Assembly: GCA_030141605.1 (NCBI GenBank)
Contig: JAQGDQ010000196.1
Location: forward strand, 1 to 64,000
DNA from: Tubiluchus corallicola
Taxonomy: Eukaryota > Animalia > Priapulida
DNA: 64,000 bases
Reading direction: 5' to 3'
The notes under the pieces are model-generated. The model had not been told where the DNA came from. It saw only the letters and a program-made list of their open reading frames with translations, and made no database searches. A program made the position numbers and the translations under genes. Position 1 is the stretch's first letter. Every line of letters starts with the position of its first letter. This document shows positions 24,330 to 35,995 of this stretch, in pieces.

Positions 24330-25132
24330 CTATAACAAATTTCATAAGAAGACTATAAATATGCCATTTTAATTTTTCGCCTTTGTGCTTCATCAATTTA
24401 ATAACAAACAAAATGGGCTGCAATTGCAGCCAGTTGACATGAACTAAAATCTAATGAATATTATACTACCAGTATACAAAAATAATGAATTATGTTACGT
24501 CTGTAATAATTTTGCATAATAAATGTTTTATTGACTGGACACACTTGTGCTAATGGCCAGAGTTAGTTCAGATTATAACCAAATTATTGTGTAATACGTT
24601 TCATTTGCATTTCATCTGCTCCCATAACGAAATGATTACAAACTGAATGGTTCTGTGCAAATCTAACTACTGCTTAAACAAACTGCTAGCGAAAATTTTG
24701 CAGAAAAGACTTAGGTCCTATGATGCAAGCCCTATTAGACCAGGGCAAATTCTATAAGTAATTAATTTAGATGGGGAACACGTCCTCTTCCAGGCCCCTC
24801 ATATCTTCCAGACGTAATCAAACATCATCACATCACCAACCAAAGCTCAACACTCCCACCAACTAACTGCAAAATAGTTTGGTCAAAAATGCGAATTCAG
24901 TGACCACTGTCCGGCCAACATATTTAGATAATTGACTTGACGTCTACGGACCTCTTATAAAATATTTATAGTCCTTATCCCTCCAGGCAATTTATGCCAG
25001 TGTGCAAATTCCAAGGTGGCCGCCAGGTCCTGTTGAAAAATTATATTATTTTGAACTAGTGCACACAAAATCAGGTAAAAATCGATTTGGGGGCAGGTCA
25101 AACCACGAAGATTCGGATTTTTACATCAGTTT

Positions 25133-26116
25133 TACGTTGTGATACACATCTTAATTCATTCAGTATAGGAATTCTTTTAGAGGTGTGATGTGTGATGACA
25201 ACAAGAGCAACTCGGTGGCACGAACTGATCACAGCTCACAAATACGTTGTGATACAGATCTTAATTCATTCAAGAGAGGAGTTCTTTCAGAGATGTGATG
25301 TGTGATGACAACAAGAGCAGCTCAATGGCACGAACTGATCACAGCTCACATTTACGTTGTGACACAGCTCTTAATTCATTCAGGAAAGGTGTTCTTTCAG
25401 AGATGTGATGTGTGATGACAACAAGAGCAGCTCAATGGCACGAACTGATCACAACTCACATTTACGTTGTGACACAGCTCTTAATTCATTCAGGAAAGGA
25501 GTTCTTTCAGAGATGTGATGTGTGATGACAACAAGAGCAGCTCAATGGCACGAACTGATCACAACTCACATTTACGTTGTGACACAGCTCTTAATTCATT
25601 CAGGAAAGGGGTTCTTTCAGAGATGTGATGTGTGATGACAACAAGAGCAGCTCAATGGCACGAACTGATCACAACTCACATTTACGTTGTGATACAGATC
25701 TTAATTCATTCAGGAAAGGAGTTCTTTCAGAGATGTGATGTGTGATGACAACAAGAGCTGCTCAATGGCACGAACTGATCACAGCTCACATTTACGTTGT
25801 GACACAGATCTTAATTCATTCAGGAAAGGTGTTCTTTCAGAGAAGTGATGTGTGACGACAACAAGAGCAGCACAATAGCACGAACTGATCACAGCTCACA
25901 AATACGCTATGATACAGCTCTTAATTCATTCAAGAGAGGAGTTCTTTCAGAGATGTGATGTGTGACGACAACAAGAGCAGCACAATGGCACGAACTGATC
26001 ACAGCTCACATTTACGTTGTGACACAGCTCTTAATTCATTCAGGAGAGGTGTTCTTTCAGAGATGTGATGTGTGATGACAACAAGAGCAGCTCAATAGCA
26101 CGAACTGATCACAGCT
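25133..26116. repeat. 110-bp tandem repeat, about 9 copies
   Basis: Unit tacgttgtga.acag.tcttaattcattca...gttctttcagagatgtgatgtgtgatgacaacaagagcagctcaatggcacgaactgatcaca.ctcaca. Confidence 0.99.
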
Positions 26117-26359
26117 GGTCACTGATCCATCTAGCGTAAATTGCAAGGAATTTTGGGAAGGACCTAAATATTTTATAACAGGCTTATAAAATTTAAATCA
26201 ATCATCAAGCCATGTTAGCCAGAAAATGCTGATGGAATTGACATTTTTACACAACTGATTAAAATTACGATAGAACTTTATTTATGACCCAATTTTATTA
26301 TGTTTAGAAGCCTCTGACGTAACTTCATTTTTTACTTACCAAGTACTGCTGATGGAATT

Positions 26360-26497
26360 CACAAAAAGGGGCTCTACGTCATATTACGTCATGAAACTAA
26401 CACTGCTGTTCATGATCATGGTTATCACGGTACAGCCCTCTGTTTGTCGGCCACGCGCACGTGACAGAAAGGCGCCGTTGCCAGTCTTAATATATTT
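26360..26497 (+). mobile_element. Family B MITE internal fragment
   Basis: gggctctacgtcatattacgtc...catggttatcacggtac...gtcggccacgcgcacgtgac matches 27910-28040. Confidence 0.75.
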
Positions 26498-27141
26498 AAG
26501 TGGCATTACATTTAAGTATATCTTACCTGAGTGGCATTACAGCAATTAACTCAGCGAGAATAAAATAAACAAAGGAAAATAGTGATTCACAAATCAGATT
26601 ATTCTCTGATTAAAAATGTGTGCGAACTGTCACGCGTGATTTCAGCTGTTCAAATAGCATGTCGCCTTTGTGAGTGAAGAACAGATGCTTTAATAACAGA
26701 TGATCATCACAAACACTTATTTTTTGTATTAAACCTTAGCCTTTCAGCACGTGTATAAACACAAAGCTTGTGTTTACGTTAATTAGTAAGTAAAGATTTT
26801 ATCTATCTATCGATCTTATTTTAAAAACTTTTGATGAAGTGACTAGCATAAGTAGCGGCAACAATGAAGGCCCGGATTAAGGCGCATTGAAGGCCTAAGC
26901 ACACCCTCCACGTGGTGCCCCGGCTGTCACCCTCGCCGACCGTCACCAAGTGAACGTTTTATGTGATACAAGTTATGCAACATTATACATAAAACAAACT
27001 TCTTTGCTTTGCATAGAATTTATGCAACATATATTCTTTATTGACTTCAAAATGAAGTTTTATTTCAACATATCAATTACAAAAATGAAGGTATGACGCC
27101 TGTCAACAGCAAAACAAGCCAGTATGATGTTAAACAAGAAC

Positions 27142-27570
27142 TTAAAGAAAGACAGGATGATTTTTCACATACTACCCAATTTTCAAGTCCGATAAAAAGT
27201 ATACATTTTAACACAATCAATACTACAAAAATGTTTCTGATAATTAAATAATAGATTGGAAACTTAGTTAACGGCGGGTGAGCCTAACTAGTTTGTGATG
27301 ACATCACAAACTAACATAATTTTCAGCAGTAAAAATATTCCATGAGCGTGTTGCACGTGTTTGCGAAATTGAAAATTGGAGTACAGTGCTTTTGAAAAAT
27401 ATTCAGTGTATTGTACTAAAACTACGCAACTTTTAAGATGAAAATTCAAATTTCAAATTTACCGCTGTGCTCATGCATGAGCTATCGAATGTGTGTAGTT
27501 CATCACAAACTAACATATCTGAACTGAGAGGTACAGCACCTGTTTTTTGCGCAACGCGTTTCTGAAATTG
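27142..27570 (+). mobile_element. TTAA-start MITE, family C (partial)
   Basis: Colinear similarity to 33091-33497; terminus ttaa-agaaagacaggatgatt resembles the family B TIR. Confidence 0.75.
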
Positions 27571-27661
27571 TTTCTCTGGTTTGCAGAACCAACTATGGTT
27601 GTAGACAGGGTGGGCTCTAGGTAACTACCTAGCTACAGCTTGTGTGTTATTTCATGTCAAG

Positions 27662-28202
27662 TTAAAGGAAAACAGGACGATTGTTTAGACTCAATCTCAC
27701 TTTAATTTACTCTCCTAAATATACATTTTCTTGCCTATAAAAATTAGCAATTGTTTCTTATATTTGAGTAATTAGCTTAGAAAGTTAATTAACGGCAACA
27801 CAGCTTTTGCTTACGTCAGAAGCTAACCACAGTTTGTGCAATAACATCTTCGTTTGCACGTCAAGCACGTTTGTGTAAGTGTTACTGCTTAAACGCGTGA
27901 TGTCATGAAAATGGGCTCTACGTCATATTACGTCGAAATCTAACACTGCTGTTCATGATAATGGTTATCACGGTACCGCCCTCTATTTGTCGGCCACGCG
28001 CACGTGACAAAAAGGCGCCGCTGCCAATCTTAGTATATTCACTGAGCCGCGCGTAGCTTTGAAAGTTTAACAGAATTTGAGTATCCGAGGTAATTATTAT
28101 TTAATCTAAACTTTGATTTAAAAAAGCTATTGTAGTTTTTAATATTTTAGAGCATTCTTTATTCTGAACTAATGTTTACACAATCGTCCGGTTTTGCGTT
28201 AG
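27662..28202 (+). mobile_element. TTAA-flanked MITE, family B (Kolobok/T2-like)
   Basis: ttaa-aggaaaacaggacgattgt ... acaatcgtccggtttt; homologous to copies at 52582 and 58686. Confidence 0.85.
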
Positions 28203-28506
28203 GTTTGACCCCATTCTATGTCCCGTGTTTTCATGAGCAACCAGAATCATTTTGTGGCTTCATCATCTTCACAGCCACAACTCTGGTCTGGTTGCAAGTA
28301 GTTCATTAGCGCATCTTTTTGCTGTTCATTACAAGCCAGTTTCTTTACTTTTCTTTTCCCATATGACCCTTCCGAAGACTTCGATTCTTACAGATTTATC
28401 TGCCGTAATTAAACCCTTTTGCATTGGAGGAGTTGTTGCTTTCTCTGCTGCCCAATGCATACAGCTGTGGTCAAAAGCAGGGAATGCATCAATGACGTAA
28501 TCTTAG

Positions 28507-29130
28507 GAAGCACAAGAAAGCCCTCCACTTACACAAAGCTTAAAAAATTCGTCTTGAAATTTTATACCACTTACATACTACCTTTTTCCATATTAGACTT
28601 GCGCCGGTAATAACGATGTATAAAACATGTAAATTTAAGCTCCCGCGATGACCGTTAGACGCAGCCATTTTGACGACAGGTCATTTGAAACAAGTTTAGA
28701 TAACATTGTGCAAAGTTTGAAAATAATCAAAGCTAAGTGAGTAAGTGAGTAAAATTTTAAATTACTGTATCTTGTCAATGAGATTAAAAATACGTTTTTG
28801 GTTAGTGAGTGGCGCACCCTGGAGGGTGAGTCAGCGACATTTTACCAGTTGGTGAAAACATTTTAAATAACTTAAAATGTTTTTTTCTAGTTACGTAAGT
28901 CTTTCAAGCGGGTAAGCAAAATGCTAAGTAATATAATTTTGCATGGAAAGTTTTTGGTACATTATTTAACATTTCCTTTTCTTCCGCTGATTTACGTTGT
29001 GCGTATATGACGTCATGTAACGGCGCCGTCAGTATGTTTAATTCTAACATAAAATTACTGTAAATTAATACAATTTCTTAAGGCGATTTTTCTGAAACCT
29101 ACTTTACGTACCCCGATTCTTGTTCTTTAA
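28507..29130 (-). mobile_element. TTAA-flanked MITE, family A (reverse orientation)
   Basis: aagcacaagaaagcc ... ttcttgttct-ttaa; reverse complement of the 6422 copy. Confidence 0.85.
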
Positions 29131-29527
29131 AACAAAACTAGAAAGTGTTTTGTTGAAAGACGAGAGCTCTGAAATAACGCTAGAATTCAATTTAATTAAT
29201 TTAAAGTGTTGCACAATTTACCAATCACTCATACACTATGTTATTACTTATGCTGAAGGTAAACTTAAACATTAATGAATTACTGCGAGATTTTGGTGCC
29301 TTAGTCAACTGCCTAGTGGTAGAGCTGGCCCTGGATGTAGACATCTTTTAACTATTAATCAAAGTAAAATGATAATGGAAACTATTAGAAGCCTCCACAA
29401 AAGTTTTTGTGTTCTTACCACCCCATATTGTCATTTCACGCTAACAGTCCAAAAACAAACAAACAAACTGTGCTGAAGCATGACTTCCTTGGCAGAGGTA
29501 AAAATAACTTAAATAATTATACCCACT

Positions 29528-29805
29528 GTAACCCTAACCCTAAGCACATATGTTATTAAGTGTACCATTTTTTCCTATGCCATTTTTCCTGTGCTATTTT
29601 TACTTCTGCCATTTTACCTACTTTTCCATTTGTGCCATTTTTTCCTATGCTATATTTACCGTGTCATTTTTTTCCTGTGCCATTTTTCCTGTGCTATTTT
29701 TACTTCTGCCATTTACCTACTTTTCCATTTGTGCCATTTTTTCCTATGCTATATTTACCGTGCTATTTTTTCCCATGCCATTTTTCCTGTGCCATTTTTA
29801 CCTAC
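29528..29805. repeat. Short taaccc tract followed by a (tgccatttttcc)-type array
   Basis: Same array at 32794-32922. Confidence 0.85.
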
Positions 29806-30197
29806 ATTCCAACTCAAACGTAGAAGGTAGTAAATTTATCTTACGTTATTGGTGTCCATCTTTGGTTTGTCCTATTCAGTGTAGAAGTTTCCCGGGAAAA
29901 TGCTTAGTGCTGTTTAAGTAAATAAATACAAGAGAATGCCCAGCAATACACGATCGTACAATATAGTATACAAAGACACCAATATTTTCTGACTTTAGTT
30001 ACTGTAGCTGGTGACACTTTCAAGCAAGTATGCTCTTCTTATCTCAATATCACTAGGTCTAATATTGTACTTAGGTGGATTAATCTTCACGCGTAGATTT
30101 AATGTGTACATTAGATGCTAATGAAAATACTAGACTGCGTGGTGGCATGCGCGGGACACTTGTAGAGCATTTAAAACAAATTCAGACAAAAAAATCG

Positions 30198-30325
30198 CAG
30201 GTAAAAAAAGTCACAGGAAAAAGGCACGGGAAAAGAAATGACCCTAACCCTAACCCCTTACCCTAACTCTAACCATAGTCAAAATTAATTGTGTCTTTTT
30301 TCTTAGCCTATACTGTGACGTTTTG
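30198..30325 (+). mobile_element. Short inverted-repeat element with a (CCCTAA)-like core
   Basis: caggtaaaaaaagtcaca ... accctaaccctaaccc ... aaattaattgtg ... tgtgacgtttt; same flanks as 31114-31968. Confidence 0.6.
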
Positions 30326-30652
30326 TTATTTTGTGGTGATTTTCTCTTTTGCCTGACACGGGTACAGGTACTCCCTGCTCCAGGCAGCTCAGTTAATGGC
30401 TGTTGCAAATGTCATAGTTACAGTGTTGCCAAGTTGCCATGGCAACAGGTGAAAACATGGTGATAAAACATGAAGACCCTATCATGATGCTATGCAATAG
30501 ACAACCCAGCTAAGGTGCCCCATTCTCCAGTAGTCCTCTCTCTACCTCACATTTTAAGCTGTAAAAGACTTTTCCGGTCTTCAACGTGCTTTATTAAAAT
30601 ATTAAAATTTTGTCAGTCTTCAATTTATTTCTTGCCACCTTGGTGCCTTAAG

Positions 30653-30918
30653 CAGGGCCTATTTCAAGGGGGGGGGAGTGGGGATACTTCCCGGGGCCTC
30701 ACCCTCCGGGGGGGGGGGCCTCGCGCCAAGGTGACATTATTTTTTTTGCTTTATGCGAACAAACTGTATAAGGCCATATTTTCTCTTCGAAAATGCTTCT
30801 CCGGCGTTCTAGCAGTTCAAAAATTTTCTGGACGCCAACCATGGCGGCGCCCCCGCCCCCCGAAGGGGCCTCACACACGCCACCTCCCCGGGCCTCCCTT
30901 AGGCTGAAATAGGCCCTG
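30653..30918 (+). mobile_element. hAT-type MITE, 266 bp, GC-rich
   Basis: Perfect 14-bp TIR cagggcctatttca/tgaaataggccctg and perfect 8-bp TSD gccttaag. Confidence 0.93.
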
Positions 30919-31159
30919 GCCTTAAGTATGTGCTATGCATGCCTCTGCGTTAATTTATTCTCTGTGACCAAATATACTTGTACTAAAATTGAATGTGTGT
31001 TACATAAGTACAATATGCACGCAATGTGAATGTATGTACATCTTTGTAAGACAAGCTGTGGATTAGGTATTGTAACAAGATATTCATTATCTGAGACATA
31101 CAAACAACGAATCCAGGTAAAAAAGTCACATGAAAAACGACACAGAAAAAAAGAAACAA

Positions 31160-31902
31160 ATCTAATCCTAATCCTTACCCTAATCTTTACCCTAATCCTA
31201 ATCTTTACCCTAATCCTAATCCGTACCCTAACCATAGCCCCAACCCTAATCCTAACCCTAACCCTAATCCTTACCCTAATCCATACCCTAATCCTAGCCC
31301 CCAACCCTAACTCTAATCCTAACCCTAATCCTAATCCTTACCTTAATCCTAATCCTTACCCTAATCCTAGCACCAACCCTAATCCTAACCTTAGCCTTAA
31401 CCCTAACCCTAACCCTAGCCTAAACCACTAACACTAACCCTAACCCTAACCCTAACCCTAGCCCTAGCCCTAACCCTAACCCTAACCCTAGCCTTAACCC
31501 TAACCCTAACCCTAACCCTATCCCTAGTCTTAACCACTAACCCTAACAATAACCCTAGCCTTAACCCTAACCCTAGCCTAACCCTAGCCTTAACCCTAAC
31601 CCTAACCCTAACCCTAACCCTAACCCTAACCCTAACCCTAACCCCAGCCCTAACCCTAACCCTAGCCTTAACCACTAATCGTAACCCTAACACTAACCCT
31701 AGCCTTAACCCTAACCCTAACCCTAACCCTAACCCCAGCCCTAACCCTAACCCTAGCCTTAACCACTAATCGTAACCCTAACACTAACCCTAGCCTTAAC
31801 CCTAACCCAAACCCTAACCCTAGTCTTAACTACTAACCGTAACCCTAACACTAACCCTAGCCTTAACCCTAACCCAAACCCTAGTCTTAACCACTAACTC
31901 TA
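31160..31902. repeat. Interstitial telomere-like (CCCTAA)n array, degenerate
   Basis: Runs of ccctaa with variants cctaat, ccttaa, ccctag, cactaa. Confidence 0.97.
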
Positions 31903-32793
31903 GGCAAATTTAATTGTGCTTCTTTCGCGTTACTTTTCTCCTGGCCAAAATTGTGACTTTTTCCCGTGAGTATATTATCAGTCACCTAATCGACTGTGTA
32001 GTATTGAATTTGATCTACGAAACGATACACAACAATGGGGAAGCTTTAGGAAACCGTGTACATAAAACTGATCCTAGTAAACGAATTATATCAGAGTCTT
32101 GTGAATCTAGCTGAAAAGTAAAGGAGAGTTATAACTTATAGGAGATCATGAACAATTTACTGTTTTGGATGTTTGACTAGTTGCCAAACAGTTGTCAGCA
32201 TAATCTTAAATAGATTATACAGTACATTTACTGTGCACACTTTTCGCTTGCGGGAAATTACAACATATTCTGCTGTACTTATGTAAATTACAAGGCGCGA
32301 TAAAAGGGTAAATATTATTATATAATTTTGCCATGTCGCTCACATTCAAGGACATCCAGTGACAGGAACTTAAGAAAACATTAATATTCGCGAAAGTGCA
32401 CATATTTGCGTTAAGTTGATAAGTGTATGCTCCATTCGCAGAAGTATTTGTAGGAACTGAAGCGCCATAACAGAAAGACATTCGAGCATACTGCATGTTA
32501 AAATTAAGGAGCCTATCTAGGGTCTGATTTTCCAATACGCATAGTAAGTAATTAGCAATTAGCCTGGGGCCACGCGTATCTGAGGCCCACAGAATCTAAT
32601 TTGTCGTGCAGCGTGCCAGCGTATAATATTATTTCAAGCATAACCGAGTATTTTATTATATAGATATTCAAAACCATAAGAGTCCTTCTGTAATAAATAA
32701 AAGGCCTGGAATATGGAGCTCGGTACAATATGTATAGACCCATAGTAGTCCATACATACTAGATACTGAATATATATATACATATATATATAT

Positions 32794-32922
32794 GTGTATT
32801 TTTTTCCTTTGCCATTTTTCGTGTGCTATTTTTACTTCTGCCATTTTACCTACTTTTCCATTTGTGCCATTTTTCTCCTGTGCCATTTTTCCTGTGTCAT
32901 TTTTACTTCTGCCATTTTTACC
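32794..32922. repeat. (tgccattttt)-type array flanked by (TA)n
   Basis: Near-identical to 29560-29700. Confidence 0.85.
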
Positions 32923-33090
32923 TATATATATATATATATATATACCCATCCAATATATATATATATTGGATACTTTAAACATGCCAACATTTCTGTAAAT
33001 TTGGGAGTCCAATAATGAGTTTGGATCGGGTCCACAAGAAGGTAAATCCCCAGGCTTATCGATTACATTTATCTGAGTTTTCAAACGTGT

Positions 33091-33497
33091 TTAAAGGACC
33101 CAGGACGATTTTTCAATACACTATCAAATTTTCAAGTCTGATAAAAAGTATACAGTTTAACACAATAAATACTGCAAAAGCATTTCTGCCAATTAAGTAA
33201 TAGATTAAAAACTTAATTAACGGCGGGCGAGCCCACTATTGATGACATCACAAACTAACATAATTCTCAACATCAAAAATATTCGTGTTTACGAAAGCGA
33301 AAATTGTAGTACAGTGCTACTGTAAGATAGTCATTGTGTTGTATTAAAACTAAGCAAGTGTTAAGATAAAACCTCAAATTCCAAATTTACCGCTGTGCTC
33401 AAGCATAAGCTGTCGAACGCATGTAGTTCGTCACAAACCAACACATCTGAACTGAGAGGTATAGCAGCTATTTTTTTGTGCAGTACATTTCCGAAAT
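33091..33497 (+). mobile_element. TTAA-start MITE, family C (partial)
   Basis: ttaa-aggacccaggacgattttt; colinear with 27142-27570. Confidence 0.75.
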
Positions 33498-34902
33498 GCA
33501 GATGCTAGTGTCCCTCTAACTAGAGAATGGAGAAATGCATGTAACAGCGAAGAACTATGTAACAGCGAAGAACATAAAGAAAGAATAATTCTTTCACGTA
33601 AGTCATTTGTGAAAAAATAGTTTGTTTCCTTTCAATATTTTAAAGAGTAGATTGTTTTGACCTACAGTTTAAGATTGGATCCGGTTTTGCTTTAATATGT
33701 CTGGATGTACGTTTATTAATCATGCCTAAATAATATCATATAAGATGAGTTGGCTCGGAGAAACAGACGTGAAATCTTGTACATTTCAAGATTTAGCGAA
33801 ATAGTCCCAAGCAAAGTTCTCTCAATGCTGCATGTTTTATCGTACTAACGCACACTATTACTTTCTGTTATTACTCTGAAAAGTGCCACCCAGAGCTGAC
33901 ATAACTTGGGAAAACGATTTTAATCCGATGGTTTTAACGTGGCTAATCGTGATTGTCCTGTCCCGCCATCTGAAGGTGGTTTGTATAAGTAATAGCACTA
34001 GTCAATCTAAACATGTTCCAAATACTTTTTTTTCGACTTTAATGAAAGCTTGCGTAAAACGTGAAAGCCACTTTGGTCTTCTCTCATAATCTTTATCTAG
34101 ATATGTGAATAAACAAGATATCAGCAAATTACGCAAAAAAACCTTTTCACAGTTCCAGCGATTGATGATGATCGTGAAAGGGTTAAAGGTTAAATGTACC
34201 AGACAACGCATTTGTGTACACTTGACAACGCCTCGGAGCCCATGTTGTTGTAATAGTAACTAGAACCTTACCTAGTTCATTTTTTTCTTGTTCCTAAGTA
34301 AGATCCTGCTAGTAAATCACTATACGCACAGAATAATGCATAATTAAGTAAAATTCATGTAAAACAACTGAAGTTACTGAACTGGTATGACAGAAGGCAT
34401 TACTTTACCCACATGTCACGTGACAGTTGCAGTTAATACGCATTGCTATGGTACACTGAACTTTTGACCTACAACAACTACTACAATGAAACTGCGAAAA
34501 GACTTATTGTCATTAATAAACGAGAATGCTTTGCGATTTTCTTTTTGATAAATTGTCAATTTTTTTACTTCATTACTGTGTTTTATTTATTTATTTTTAG
34601 TTATTTGGCATGGATGACTATCTATATCCATCTTCATTCACTAACTTTCACTAATTTCTGTCAAATTTTTTGCATTCTTCTCGGGAATTTATAAGTCTTG
34701 AACTGAGCCAGGTGACACAGAAAATTAGTTTTTTCCCAAAGCTGCTTCCTTGCAGAATTAGTAACAGTTTGTCGTACGTGTTTATAGACTATATTTTTAC
34801 TGCGCTGTTTTTTACACTAAAACCCAATGGAACGACAAAGGAGACGTGTTGAGAAGAAGTTGTGGTGTCAGAAGACGTGATGGCAAGAAAAAGAAGGACC
34901 AC

Positions 34903-35325
34903 TATGACGATGACCACAAGAAGATGATTATAATGGTAATAGTGTAGATGACAGTGACAGTTTTAATAATATAAATAGCGGTAATGTGAATGAGGATGAT
35001 AATGATGATGACAACGATGATGATTATGATGATGATGATGATAATGAGTATGATTATGATGATGATGATAATAATGATAGTGTTGATGATAATGACAACG
35101 TTATTAACAATAAAAACATGTTTCTTGAAATTAATGATACGATGAGGAGATAGTATATGATTCCGTGATGAAGACAATGACAATGATACGTTTGTGATGA
35201 AAGTAGTGGCAGTGGTAGAGTTGGTCCTGGCAATGATATGTGGCCTAGGAGACGATTATAAAAATGACTTAATATGAGGATGATGACGACGATTATAACC
35301 ATAATGGTAGTGGCGGTGGTGGTGA
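34903..35325. repeat. Degenerate GAT/AAT-rich low-complexity tract
   Basis: Seen directly. Confidence 0.85.
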
Positions 35326-35599
35326 CAGCAAAATTTGGAAAAAGAAAATTGTGTTGAAAAAACAGTTTGGTCATAGGGTCAGCTTTTTTATTGGAATAAA
35401 TATAATTTTTCAGTTGGCGTTGTAGAACTTTTTACACACATTATCCTAATCATAGCAGAATTCTGATACAAAAGACTCTACTGTTGTTTGAAAATGTGGT
35501 ATACGAAAACTATAATGCCCTCATTCGGATGTTGTAATGGAAATTATTACAACCCCAACAGAAATGCCTGAAATCTATACTGTACATGGCCTTGCTTGT

Positions 35600-35995
35600 G
35601 CGTTTTCAGCCTAGTATATGCGATAACGCGAAGCTTATAGCTGTGTACGACGCATAGTACGTGCTGATGTGGTGGCAGCAGCAGTCAATAACAGAACCTG
35701 CTCTGTACTATCCCTGGCCAAATGGCTCCCCATCCAGTGCGTAAATCATTGACTAATGCATGCACGTGATATGCGGTTACTCTTATCAGCCAATAAAAAC
35801 GCATCGACTCTCCAACATTCCGACGTAACTCAAGCACGTGGTCAGAAATTGTCCAATCAGCAGCACCGTCAGAACGTTCCATACGCTCATTCACCATTTT
35901 TAGTTCTAGTTTGTGAAAATCTGGTTTTGGATCTTATGAAAGAGCCAAAATACTGCAATAATATTAAGATGATCAGAAATTCTGGTCTGGTGAGT
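35600..35995 (+). promoter_or_regulatory. Candidate cic long-isoform promoter and non-coding first exon
   Basis: CpG-enriched; CCAAT boxes near 35790 and 35853, CACGTG E-boxes near 35763 and 35835, strong donor gtgagt near 35990; the first cic coding exon at 42174 begins with an acceptor and so needs an upstream exon. Confidence 0.45.

Noticed and set aside
28250-28500. Coding-looking segment between two MITEs
   Set aside because: Translations contain stops or no recognisable motif, and there are no convincing splice sites.
31160-31902. True telomere or chromosome end
   Set aside because: Degenerate, internal, and flanked on both sides by element-like sequence.
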